Shown here: one piece after another, positions 26,525 to 39,625 of the stretch
How the letters are laid out: the number at the start of each line of letters is the position of its first letter
Position numbering within the stretch: position 1 is the stretch's first letter
DNA from: Eledone cirrhosa
Lineage: Eukaryota
NCBI GenBank assembly: GCA_964016885.1
Contig: OZ024747.1
Location: forward strand, 57,908,001 to 57,972,000
Direction: 5' to 3'
DNA: 64,000 nucleotides
Program-made: the position numbers and the translations under genes
Notes under the pieces: model-generated
Database searches by the model: none
Told to the model about the DNA's origin: nothing
Seen by the model: the letters and a program-made list of their open reading frames with translations, nothing else

Positions 26525-26881
26525 TTATTGTTTACAGAAATGTAAGCTTCATTAAAGTTTCAGACACATTTCAACGGGAAAAACAATATATTTTATCGAA
26601 GCAATGCCAAAATGGCTTTAGAAGAGAGAAATTTACAAATATGTCTTTCATTGTGGTAGGTTGAATGACGGGAATAAAAACCAAAGAATATCTAAAAGTA
26701 AATTAATGCATATAATATTGTATATTTGTCAATAGTAAATGAAAATGAATCCTTAAAGTGATAGCAAGAATTATAGAAACAATATGAAAAATAAAATTAC
26801 TCTATGAATGAATATTTTAAAAGATTCTTTCAGACATTTTTCTTTTCTTTATGCCAAAAATAATGAAAATTGCAGTGGAAT

Positions 26882-28445
26882 AAATATAGGAAATGTATGA
26901 AAAGTAATTCACATCACTAACCCGCTTCCCAACAACAACACCGTCACCACTACTAACAGCAACAACAGCCATAACAGTTACAAGATAACAACAGAAACAC
27001 AAGACCAGCCGCAGCTAAAACAGCAACAATTTCTAGAGTAGCTGCAAAACAAGCAACTACAACAGCAAATATGTAGAAAGTGTCTAAAGAGTAATTCACA
27101 TCACTAACCCGCTTCCCAACTACTACACCGTCATCACCATTACTAACAGCAATAACAGCTACAACATAACAACAACAGCAACAACACAAGACCAGCCGCA
27201 GCTAAAACAGCAACAATTTCTACAGTGGCTGCAAAACAAGCAACTACAACAGCAAATATGTAGAAAGTGTCTAAAGAGTAATTCACATCACTAACCCGCT
27301 TCCCAACTACTACACCGTCATCACCATTACTAACAGCAATAACAGCTACAACATAACAACAACAGCAACAACACAAGACCAGCCGCAGCTAAAACAGCAA
27401 CAATTTCTACAGTGGCTGCAAAACAAGCAACTACAACAGCAAATATGTAGAAAGTGTCTAAAGAGTAATTCACATCACTAACCCGCTTCCCAACTACTAC
27501 ACCGTCATCACCATTACTAACAGCAATAACAGCTACAACATAACAACAACAGCAACAACACAAGACCAGCCGCAGCTAAAACAGCAACAATTTCTACAGT
27601 GGCTGCAAAACAAGCAACTACAACAGCAAATATGTAGAAAGTGTCTAAAGAGTAATTCACATCACTAACCCGCTTCCCAACTACTACACCGTCATCACCA
27701 TTACTAACAGCAATAACAGCTACAACATAACAACAACAGCAACAACACAAGACCAGCCGCAGCTAAAACAGCAACAATTTCTACAGTGGCTGCAAAACAA
27801 GCAACTACAACAGCAAATATGTAGAAAGTGTCTAAAGAGTAATTCACATCACTAACCCGCTTCCCAACTACTACACCGTCATCACCATTACTAACAGCAA
27901 TAACAGCTACAACATAACAACAACAGCAACAACACAAGACCAGCCGCAGCTAAAACAGCAACAATTTCTACAGTGGCTGCAAAACAAGCAACTACAACAG
28001 CAAATATGTAGAAAGTGTCTAAAGAGTAATTCACATCACTAACCCGCTTCCCAACTACTACACCGTCATCACCATTACTAACAGCAATAACAGCTACAAC
28101 ATAACAACAACAGCAACAACACAAGACCAGCCGCAGCTAAAACAGCAACAATTTCTACAGTGGCTGCAAAACAAGCAACTACAACAGCAAATATGTAGAA
28201 AGTGTCTAAAGAGTAATTCACATCACTAACCCGCTTCCCAACTACTACACCGTCATCACCATTACTAACAGCAATAACAGCTACAACATAACAACAACAG
28301 CAACAACACAAGACCAGCCGCAGCTAAAACAGCAACAATTTCTACAGTGGCTGCAAAGCAATCAACTACAACAATACCAAATATGTAGAAAATGTCAAAA
28401 GTGTAATTCACATCACTAACAATCTTTCCATCAACTACACCACCA
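26882..28445. repeat. 187-bp tandem array, about 8.3 units
   Basis: gtaattcacatcactaac recurs at 26904, 27091, 27278, 27465, 27652, 27839, 28026, 28213 and 28403. Confidence 0.97.
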
Positions 28446-29622
28446 ATACTTGTGACAGAAGCAACAACAATAACGGGAACAACAACAAAACAAGAACAGT
28501 AGCACCGACATCATCGCAATCAACAATAACAACAATAGCATGAACAGCAATAGTAGTAACAATATCGATAATGGCTAACATTAACCATAACTACAACTAT
28601 GCCGCCACCAGCACCAACGAAAATAACAACAATAATAACAACACAAACAACACCATTATGTTATTGCTTATGTTGATGTTTATGTTGCTGGGCGTGTTGG
28701 TTAGGGAAGTTGAGGCCATGGCCTTGGTATTTGTAAACAGAGCTATGGTTGTGAGGGTGCTTTTGATTCTGGTGGTTGTCATTCTTATGGTGATGTATAC
28801 GTGTTGATGGTGACGTTGGCGGTAGTTGTTGTTGTGATAATATTAGTTATTGTGTTGGTCATGAGTATGATGGGGATGTTCGAGGTAGTGTTGGCAGTAG
28901 TGGTTGTGATTGTAGTGTGGCTGCAATGCCGGTGACGTTGGTGATTTAGTTGAGTATATATCTGTCGTAGTTGTGGTGTTTTTGTTGGTGTTGGTTATTG
29001 TTGTGAAGGTTATGGTTACAAAAGATAAAGCAGTAATTATTGTGGTGTTTGTGGATATGCTGGTGATGATTATGTGTAGGTGGTGTAGGTGATAATAAAG
29101 TTGATAACGATGAATTTGACAGCGTCATTGATGACGGCATTGACAATGACGTGCATCAGCATGATAATGATGATGGTGAAAAGGATGATGCCAATAACAA
29201 TTTTGTTGCTACGGCTGCTCCTGCTTATAGTAGACATGGTGAGGATGATAATAATGATGACGGTGACAAGAATTATGGCGATGGAAATCGAAGATGACGT
29301 GAGGGGGACGAATTATAAATAATTTTAAATATACTAGTATACAAAAGACGAGAGACAATAAAGAAAATATAATAGAAATTAAAAAGAGATAAAATGAAAT
29401 AAAATTTAATAGATTTGAAAGATATTTTAGAATATGGAATAAAATGTAATGTACGATAAGGATGAAGAAAATTTATGAAACTGGCAATAATATTTGAAAA
29501 TATATTATTGCTTAGAAAAGAAAACACGATTATATACTTTTTATACGAATCTCTTGTGGGGGCAGTTAGTAATTACACACACACGTAGATATATATACAT
29601 ACATACATATATACATATATAC

Positions 29623-29968
29623 ATGATGATGATGGCTTCCCCCTCGTTATCAAGTATGGTCATTGCAGGATATAACATTATTAATAGTTATCTATTAATG
29701 CTATCGTACAATGCCTGAAAATTTGCGTGAACATTTTTTTTAAAGTGAGGAAAGACTGTGTACTGAGCGAATCCCACTCTCTGAGCGACAGTAGCTAAAA
29801 CCCTAAAAGAAGAAAAGATCAGCGGTAACTACTGAGGCACAGATTTTATGTTGGAGTTATCCCAGTTTCCTGAGTTGCCTTCTCCTAGAAGAATGCCCTG
29901 ACAAAAGCTAAGGGGCCTTGACTCCCAGAGGTTTAACCACGCGATCGGGTATCCAGCCCGATTATTTC
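29623..29968 (-). mobile_element. Non-autonomous RTE-related retroposon
   Basis: Minus strand has an RTE 5'UTR-like ctaggagaaggcaactc motif and ends gaagccatcatcatcat. Confidence 0.5.
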
Positions 29969-29974
29969 ATACAT

Positions 29975-30715
29975 ACATCATACATGATGGCTGCAAACTC
30001 CGCCAAGAGTATTGCAATCGCTTGTCAGATTCAGATGTGTGACGCTCGGATAAGGCTTTTCAAGCCCGCTAAAGACTCGCACTCCTTCCTACACTGACAA
30101 CAATTATGGATCTCCCTGGCTTGAGGTCCTCCATCAGGTTGCTTGTGAACCCTCACAACACCGTGGAAATCATAGTTCACTGGTTCTCTTTGAACATGCC
30201 TGTGACTGTGACTCCTGAGACCAGATTTGCTCAAGCAAATCTTTTCACACTCAGGGCACATCAACTCAATGGAGGCACCGACGTTTCGAGAAATACACCA
30301 GGGCATTGCTTACGCACATCCCGTTTGATCTTCTCGTGCTCTATGCGTGTGTCCTCAAAATTATGGACTCCATCATTCACCATTCCAGGTTAAGATTCTC
30401 TTTCAATAGCTTCTATCTCCCAGTCAGCCATCATCAAACCATTTTTCTTTCAATGAGTCCTTTACACAATACTTTAATCGGAGCCTTGGTTTGTGAGGTG
30501 GTCTCTTACCCTCAGAGAGTTCACCATATAAGAGTTGTTTTGGGATTCGATCTTCCGCCATTCTGCAGAGGTGTACGGTTCATCCCAGACGCCGTTGGGG
30601 GATGATACTCTCAATGCTCCGACACTCACTTCTCTAAAGGACCTCAACATCACTCACATGTATCTGCCACTTGATACCGAACATCTTTCTGAGACACTGC
30701 TGGTGAAACCGTTCC
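29975..30715 (-). mobile_element. RTE-clade LINE 3' fragment (degenerate)
   Basis: Minus-strand translation HLCRMAEDRIPKQLLYGELSEGKRPPHKPRLR; C2H2-like fingers CPECEKICLSKSGLRSH and CCQCRKECESLAGLKS; ATGT-type tail. Confidence 0.85.
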
Positions 30716-31132
30716 ATACATACAACTAAAAACATACACATCCACACATACAGTAACATCTATACCTGCTCACACATGTATGCATGCAGATGTGCATACA
30801 TATCTACCTAGTTGATGTTGTGTAAATCCCAATGAGATAGTTTACGTCTATGTTAGAAACCACTTTCTCTCTATTGGTAAAAATTAATAAAATTATAAAA
30901 TCATAAGAACGTATATAGATGATGACTGCAACTCGATTTCGAGTCATTCTGCCACTTGATGCTTAATCATGAGAATCCTGCTACAGTCTTGCGTGGGACA
31001 AGCAATATCATGTATTGCAAACAATATCACATATCAAATGATGTCTGTGCTGGAAGATTGTTTTAAGTGGGGAAATGCCTTGCTCTCTGAAAATCGAATG
31101 CCCAACATATATACATACATACATACATACAA

Positions 31133-31229
<97 letters not shown>

Positions 31230-31418
31230 TGTGTATATGTGTGTGTAAGTAGGGCCGGAGATTGACAAAAGCTATTCGAAATTTCAGTGCCTCTGCTCAG
31301 CAAATACGTTATCTAATTGAACTGTAACCGATTACATTTATGAGTTGAATATTTGCAAAAGGCGTGTTACGCCTCATTATAAAAATATCTTCAAATGAAA
31401 TTTAGATCCCTCTTTCAT

Positions 31419-31512
31419 TACACACACACATACACACATATATATATATATATACATATATACATATACACATACATATATATATATATACATATATATA
31501 TATATGTACACA

Positions 31513-31558
<46 letters not shown>

Positions 31559-31638
31559 TCACATATATATATATACATATATATATATATGTACATATAT
31601 ATATATATACACACACATATATATATATACACACACAT

Positions 31639-31697
<59 letters not shown>

Positions 31698-31787
31698 GAT
31701 ACATATATATATATATATATATACATATATCACATATATATATATATATACATATATGTATATATATACATATATATATACACACAC

Positions 31788-31819
<32 letters not shown>

Positions 31820-31893
31820 GTATATATATATATATGTATATATGTATATATATACACACATACATATATAAATATATATATATATACACACAC

Positions 31894-31924
<31 letters not shown>

Positions 31925-31937
31925 TATATATATATAT

Positions 31938-31980
<43 letters not shown>

Positions 31981-31989
31981 TATATATAT

Positions 31990-32021
<32 letters not shown>

Positions 32022-32040
32022 TTATTAAAATAACAGTGTT

Positions 32041-32071
<31 letters not shown>

Positions 32072-32142
32072 ATATGTACATATATATATATATATATGTA
32101 GATATATGTGATATATGTATATATATATATATATGTATATAT
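31419..32142. repeat. Long compound (TA)/(CA) microsatellite
   Basis: Directly visible. Confidence 0.95.
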
Positions 32143-32526
32143 TTGTCAAGGCAGAATTCTAGGAGAAGGAAAACTCTGATATATCACCTGCAACCCTGAT
32201 GGTATCCAATGATGTTGACTTGTTCTTCTTTTTGGTAAATATCATCTTGGTTAAGAGAGTGCGACTGGCTTTGTGCAGTGACTTTGCTCACTATAAAAGC
32301 TTCACGGCACAGGCATTGCTTTATATCTGGAGATCTCTCTGCACTTGTCGTCACATGGTACCATGGGCCCAACACTGTGTGTCAATAGTTGTCACAAGTG
32401 TAGTGTTTGTACCAGAGTTTTCAAGTCGCTGGGTGGACTAAAAGTCACACTCGTTCAGCGTATCGGCAGAGGTTCTCCTACATAGATATAAAGTAGTGGC
32501 CGTACTCGAAAACGAGCTGGCAGCCA

Positions 32527-32530
<4 letters not shown>
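32143..32530 (+). mobile_element. Internally deleted RTE derivative
   Basis: 5' ctaggagaaggaaaactc motif; 3' zinc-finger remnant HKCSVCTRVFKSLGGLK; ctcg-aaaa-cgag hairpin; ends gcagccaccat. Confidence 0.65.
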
Positions 32531-32617
<87 letters not shown>

Positions 32618-33042
32618 TACACATATATATATATAATGTGTGTGTGTGTGTGTGTTTGTAAATGTATGTATGTATTTATATATATTCCCATGTTTATAGT
32701 TGATATATCAATCATCAATGGATAATCCTCCTTATCACTAAAGAAAATGTAAAATTGTTAAAGAAATTATTCATTCCTAACGTCTATTTATTTCAGCCCT
32801 TTATTGATACCAGAGGTTTTTAATTTCATTTTATGTCTTCATTGCTGTGTGCGTTTTATTATCTTTTTTCTCTTTTGCACAAAGAACTAAGCTTGAATTC
32901 TGTTACAGTTTATTCATCGTCCGCATACACACAAACACATTAACACACCAATGAAAAAACCTGCCACACACACAAATAATATGCACAATTACACTCATAC
33001 GACCCGTCAACACACATCAAAATATATACATCTCTCTCTCTC

Positions 33043-33074
<32 letters not shown>

Positions 33075-33129
33075 GCTCTCTCTCTCTCTCTCACACACAC
33101 ATACACCCACAGACACACACACACGCACG

Positions 33130-33187
<58 letters not shown>

Positions 33188-33564
33188 CATTGAAACACGT
33201 ATATAGATGAAAACGCACATATGTGTACGCGTGTCGCGTTTACTTTTCGTACTTATTGCATACAGTATTGTATACATGGCGTATTTTAGAAGATGTTGGA
33301 AGTTTCATTTAAAAGGAAACAACTATATACATAAATAAAGGAATATATATTTTACTGAATCAGGAACGGAATAAACAACTCGCATTACTATCTTTTTTTC
33401 AATCAATGACGTGTGTTTTAACACACATTTGAATGAGCCTGTAGTGTTCACACATGTGAGAGGATATTACACTCTCTTCCTTTTTCTTTCACCATAAATA
33501 GACACATACGCACATACGCACACACACATATACACATACATGCATACGCAAAAACACGTGTGTG

Positions 33565-33632
<68 letters not shown>

Positions 33633-34276
33633 TATATAGATATAGATATATATATATACATATATACATATATACTTATATACATATATACATATATATA
33701 TATATGAGGGTGTATGTTTCTTATGAAGATGTATACAGAAACAGCATGAAATACATTAAAGAAATTTAAAATGTTAAAGATCTATCATATATATATAGAT
33801 CTACCTCATATTTCTTCTTATTTACCTGCACTAGAGATATAAGTTCTTTCTAGAAAAACTGTCAGGGCTAGAAAAATATATCTGCCAATATTTCGCTGTA
33901 TGTTTTATGTGATATAATAAACAAATTATCCCAGCCCAGGTTTTCTTTCATACTAGCATATCGAAAAATGCATGTCAACGTCCAAAATAGATACATTTTG
34001 AAGTTAGTGGGCCACCATTTATTTTGTTTTGAAAGTGTCTTATTTAGATTCTGATCCAGGTTTCTACCATCAAATACTAGGCTACCAGTGACTCAGCCCA
34101 CGTATCTGGTTTGGTTGGATTATTTATTCTAGATAAGCTTAAGGCCAAATTTCCTGCTATTGGGGAAGATTATACCGCGATCATGCTCTCTTTACCTTTG
34201 AAATGTATTCTAAATCAGATTTAGTGAGAGTTAGAAAACATATAAACCAATTATTTCAGTTACAATTGATAATAAT

Positions 34277-34384
34277 TGTTTCTACTTCAGGCACAAAGCC
34301 AGCAATTACCCAGTGCATTACTGGTACTTTATTTTATCGACCCCGTAAGGATGAAAGGCAAAGTTAACCTCGGCGGGATTTGAA
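34277..34384 (-). mobile_element. 5'-truncated Deu/Nin-like SINE with 17-bp TSD
   Basis: ttacaattgataataat at 34260-34276 and 34385-34401. Confidence 0.9.
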
Positions 34385-35004
34385 TTACAATTGATAATAA
34401 TGATAGTGTTGTTAATTTCTTCGCTGTAAATTTAGACCTAAATGATAATTTTATACAACCGTACCATACTCATTTTGAGGTTCTATTTTAAGTTAATAAA
34501 TTCTCTAAGCACCCTAAATCTGTTAGAAATGCATTAATTTATAACATTTCTAATAGAATAAGCTCGCTTTCGGCTAATTTTGGTATTTTTAATCAGAATA
34601 TTAATTACTGAAATATTAAATTGTCTCTAACAAATACAGCATGACCATTTGGGGGAAATATATCCAAGTGTAATATTTGTTTAACCGAGGCGTTTGAAAT
34701 TTTAAACTTAAATACTGAAATGAAATCATTCCTTTTTGTCAGCATAAGTCACTTTACTCTTTTTATTATAAAATTAAGGAAGCTGACTAGAAATATGTTC
34801 TCTTTGGAAATATTAACTTAACAATGACAAGTTATTTTAACTATACATTTCATTGTTTTAAGATCATTCAGAGGGCTGATCATATTGTCATATTGAGTGA
34901 TAAAACGTTCGTAAATCAGCATTTAATGTATTACTTGTATCTGGTGTCTATCTTAATGAATATATATATATATATATATATTGTATACAATGCTTCACGT
35001 ATAG

Positions 35005-35042
<38 letters not shown>

Positions 35043-35348
35043 CTGTGAAGGCCGTTTCGTTGTTAAGCTAACAATCATGACATCGACTCCATGAGCAATA
35101 ACTTTTATTTCACTTTGCCCTTGTCGAATATCGTCGACTCAACTAACGCCATTGTATTGTAGTTGTAATTATCAGAACCAGTATATGATGTCACCATGAA
35201 TCTCTCTGGGAACTACGCTAGGCGCTAACGTGTCAGATGTATGCTCAGACACTTACAAGTTAAATTCAAGAGTATAGTTTTCCGTTATTCGAACTGGAAA
35301 TTGTTTTGACCGAGAGAGAGAGAGGGACAATAGATCAAGAACTAGAGA

Positions 35349-35404
<56 letters not shown>

Positions 35405-35826
35405 GGTGGCAAAGAGAAAGAGAGACAGGAACACATATAGATAGAGAGACAGAGAGATAAATAGATATACTAACTTTGTGAATAAACGGAAGATGAGTGG
35501 AATTTTCTCGAGAATAATGGAGTTGCATAAATGCAAGTGATTAGTCAACATATCAATACAATCTTAGTATATTTTGACGGTTGAATCGATCATAACACAA
35601 TAGATTAAGCAAATACTAAACATTTTCTTATTTGTTTTCATATACAAACCTTTTGCATCTGACTCAGTAGTTTTTAAATATTGAACGGCATGAAATATGT
35701 TACCACTTTTCCACAAGAACAAATCTTGTTTTGCTTTGAATGAATACTCACATTCACTCTGCAACGAGTTCTAATTAGGGTAAAGAGCTATTTGTTTGAG
35801 TAGAACTTTAATTATATATATATATA

Positions 35827-36851
35827 ATAATACTATTTATAGTTATGTATATAGTATAAACAACAATAAACAGGAAGGTCAGTAATTTCCTATTACCTTA
35901 TTACCAGTAAGAGAAATAGCTCAATGTAAGAACATCGGTTGTTTTACAGAGTAGGAATATAAAGAAATTATACAATTATCAAAGTTGTGTTCAAATCATT
36001 TAATAGCTAACAATCGTTTCTTCCAAACTCTCGTTTGGAGTCATCGGAGCATTATCAATGTTTGCACATTTAATTAACCTCCTATTCAACTGAACAATAA
36101 TATAAATACATATATATTGATGTTGTGAGCAACAGTTTCGTATTTACAGGGTGGAATGGATGTGACATATATTTTACGAGAATTGTACAATAATTGTACA
36201 AACATTCAAGTTCAAATTCAAATTCAAATCAAAAGCACGGAGTGGATTACATGCAACAGATAAAACAAGAGAATAGTCCAATCATTAAAGAGGCATTGAG
36301 AAAGTAGTTTTGAGAAAGGAAGAGTACATAAACAATTCATATGCAGGCGTGTGGAGGGTGCAACTGCGTTAGTCAAATATAGTCTATGAATATTAATACA
36401 TTAAGTCTATTTACAATCCATTGCTCTAACATTAACTAAAATTTAATTCAACACATGTCATGGAAAAGTCTGCAAAAACTGTATGTTTCTCAACACACAC
36501 AAATTCGAACACTATCAGCTTACAGCATCCACCATAGAGTCTAATACATTAACATATTTGCTTAAAGTGCAGTATTTATTCATCTATATATGCATAATTG
36601 CTTTGCTTCTCTCCTTCTCATGTATATGACTAACGCAGTTGCACTCGCCACACGCCTGCATATGAATTGTTTATGTACTCTTCCTTTCTCAAAACTACTT
36701 TCTCAATGCCTCTTTAATGATTGGACTATTCTCTTGTTTTATCTGTTGCATGTATTCCACTCCGTGCTTTTGATTTGAATTTGAATTTGAACTTGAATGT
36801 TTGTACAATTAATGTACAATTCTCGTAAAATATATGTCACATCCATTCCAC
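35827..36851 (-). mobile_element. Hammerhead-bearing element with about 228-bp inverted duplication
   Basis: 36150-36378 is inverted at 36623-36851; HHR at 36006-36050; terminus resembles 42797-42890. Confidence 0.7.
36006..36050 (-). ncRNA. Hammerhead ribozyme motif (one core substitution)
   Basis: Minus strand: gct-CCGATGA-c-tccaaac-gaga-gtttgga-a-GAAA-c-gatt-g-TT-agc. Confidence 0.6.
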
Positions 36852-38519
36852 ATTTTTTAAATTTAATTAAATTCGGGTTACCTTCGGGTCGATGAACATC
36901 TTAAGTTATCTCTTTCTCATGTTTGCAGACACTTTAAATATGATACTATACTACTATATAGATCCTTAAAAATGTTCTTGTATGTTTAAATTATATAGCT
37001 TAAATATTTGGCACTTATATGATCGCAAACAATTTAATTATTTATTTTGAATCTGGTTCGTATCCTTAAGATTCATGACATTTTTTAGCATATATGTATT
37101 ACATGATCCTATTATAATAATTGATCTAAAACCTTAATTTCAACAATGTTAACAGTAACTTATTTTTTATATTATATTATATTATGTTATGTATAACTGA
37201 CTAATATCGTCTTGAACTTTAGACAATATACTCTTTGTATATATTTAGACAAATGCATATATCTAATTTAATAATAACTTTTTTTTTTAATTTAATTATA
37301 AGGCCTTTAGATACTTTAGGGCATTCTAATTGTTAATTTTAAATTTTTAAAGTTATAACTGTAATTATTTTCTAAATTATATAATGAGAATTATTTTAAT
37401 ATATGAAAATAATATAGGATAATATAATTTAATATGGATTACCTTCGTGTGGATGAAAATACTAAGTTTCTTTCTCATATTTGCAAATACTTTAAATATG
37501 ATTTTATGAATTAAATATGTTAGTATACTTTAATATTAATATAGATTTTTATAAACTTTTATAGCCTGAAATATTATACCTTTAGATTAATTCATTATTC
37601 TGAAATTCATAATTCGAAATTTAACGGTCAGCCGGATACGTTTGGATATATATAGTGTATATAATTAATTGTTAGTATATTTCTAATTAACTAAGGACTC
37701 GAAATTAAACCCTCATATAATTACACCCATATACATTTAATATTTAGATTGATGGATACTTCTAGATAATTCAAAGATTCGAGTTTACTCTTTCACAAAG
37801 CTACGCCCAAATGTATATTCATGTATTTATCTACACTTTATACTATACAAATTATTCCTCTTTGTCTCTCTATCCTTGATCAATTCTCTTTTGCTTTCTA
37901 TACTTCTAATAACTATATTTCTTTTCTAATCTGTTTCTCTCTGTCTTTCTTCTTTCTTTCTTCTTTCTTCAATAATTTAAATTATTTGAATCTCTAACAG
38001 TTATGTAAATTGCTATTATGTATTTTTAAGCTTTCTCACACGCACCCTCTGTATTATATGTAAATCTTTTCATGTCTCAATCTTAAGGTATATAAATATT
38101 GAGTCTTGTCATATCATATTCATTATATATATATAATATTTTCATTTATGTCATTTTTGTCGCGCTCAATAAGCAATTAAGGAACGTTAGATTTGAGAAT
38201 AAATGACAGACTAGAACAAATACTTTCCCTCGAGGATCTTATTATTAAGCTGTAATTCCTTTTTGATTAGCAAGCCTATCTAATGGAATATACATATAGA
38301 GTTCTACATGTGTTAACTAGATATTGGTTTCGCCTAGAAACGCTATGTAAATTATAGAAATGGTGATACCTTGAATTTGAAAATTCATTGAATATGTGTA
38401 ATATATATATAATTAGGTAGCTATATAACGAAGCCGGATTTGTGTCTCTCTCTCTATATATATATAAACTTAGCAGATATATATATATATCTGCTAAGTT
38501 ATTATAGCTTCTAATTGAA

Positions 38520-38884
38520 TCGAAGGAATCATGGGTTGCGTTTTGGTGTAATGGTAACACATTGATTCAGCAAACCAAAGATATGGGTTCGTATCGCACA
38601 TACGTCAATACTTATCTTATTTTTGATTCAGAGGTTTTTTATTTAAATCCCAACTAACAGACTAATTCAATTCAATTCAGTCAAGTACGGCGTAAGCACA
38701 TGTTACTACCTAATTTCCAAATTCGTTACCCGTTTCTAAACAAAGCCTGATTTGTGCCTCTATATTAAACGCACATACACACATAAATATACATACAGTA
38801 TAAAACCTAACATCCTGGCCCTCCAATCGCTTTTGCTTACAACTTCCCCACAATTGTATTCGATTGCGAGTGACAGTTGTATCC

Positions 38885-38968
<84 letters not shown>

Positions 38969-39146
38969 ATATATTTGTGTAAATTTCTACAGGAGTTATT
39001 GAAATGCGTGTGTATGATATGAAGGTTCAATTAAAATTTATTTATAAGTTATGTATAAATGTTAAAATATATTACCTACACAACTAAACTTCGTTTTTAA
39101 AAATGTTGTATCAATTGGAAACATTGTGAATTTTAATTTTGATATA
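38520..39146 (+). repeat. About 625-bp segment repeated in inverted orientation at 43329-43924
   Basis: Colinear reverse-complement match including the internal microsatellites. Confidence 0.92.
38537..38607 (+). pseudogene. tRNA-like sequence (pseudo-tRNA or SINE head; AGC at anticodon position)
   Basis: A-box tggtgtaatgg, D-stem gtgt/acac, anticodon arm ttgat-tcAGCaa-accaa, T-loop ggttcgtatc. Stems have mismatches and position 33 is C. Confidence 0.55.
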
Positions 39147-39558
39147 TTTACATTAAGTTTTTTCTTTCATATTTCGACAACAACCATATTACTACTTAAA
39201 AATCACTTACGTTAAAATGAAGTACTCCGAAAGTTATATTATAGCACTTACTATCACATTGTGTTCACTATACATCAACTTTTACGATATTTAAAACATT
39301 TTACCACCAAGCTATGTACATAATATAAATGACAAAATGAGTAGGTATCTTCTGTATTCGAAATATATTGATTCTCCTCGATTCAATAAATCTTGATTAA
39401 AACGTGTAAAGCCCATGGGATTCTTAGTAGTTTTATTATCAACATAGATATATAGATGTAAGAAATTTGTATGGAGATTTGTTAGAGTACACATACATAC
39501 ATACATACATACATACATACATACATACATACATACATACATACATACATAGACACTT

Positions 39559-39625
<67 letters not shown>

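Noticed and set aside
26882-28445. CRISPR array or repeated 77-aa Cys/Val-rich genes
   Set aside because: Units are identical with no unique spacers, no cas genes and a eukaryotic context; the ORFs are by-products of the CAA-rich repeat
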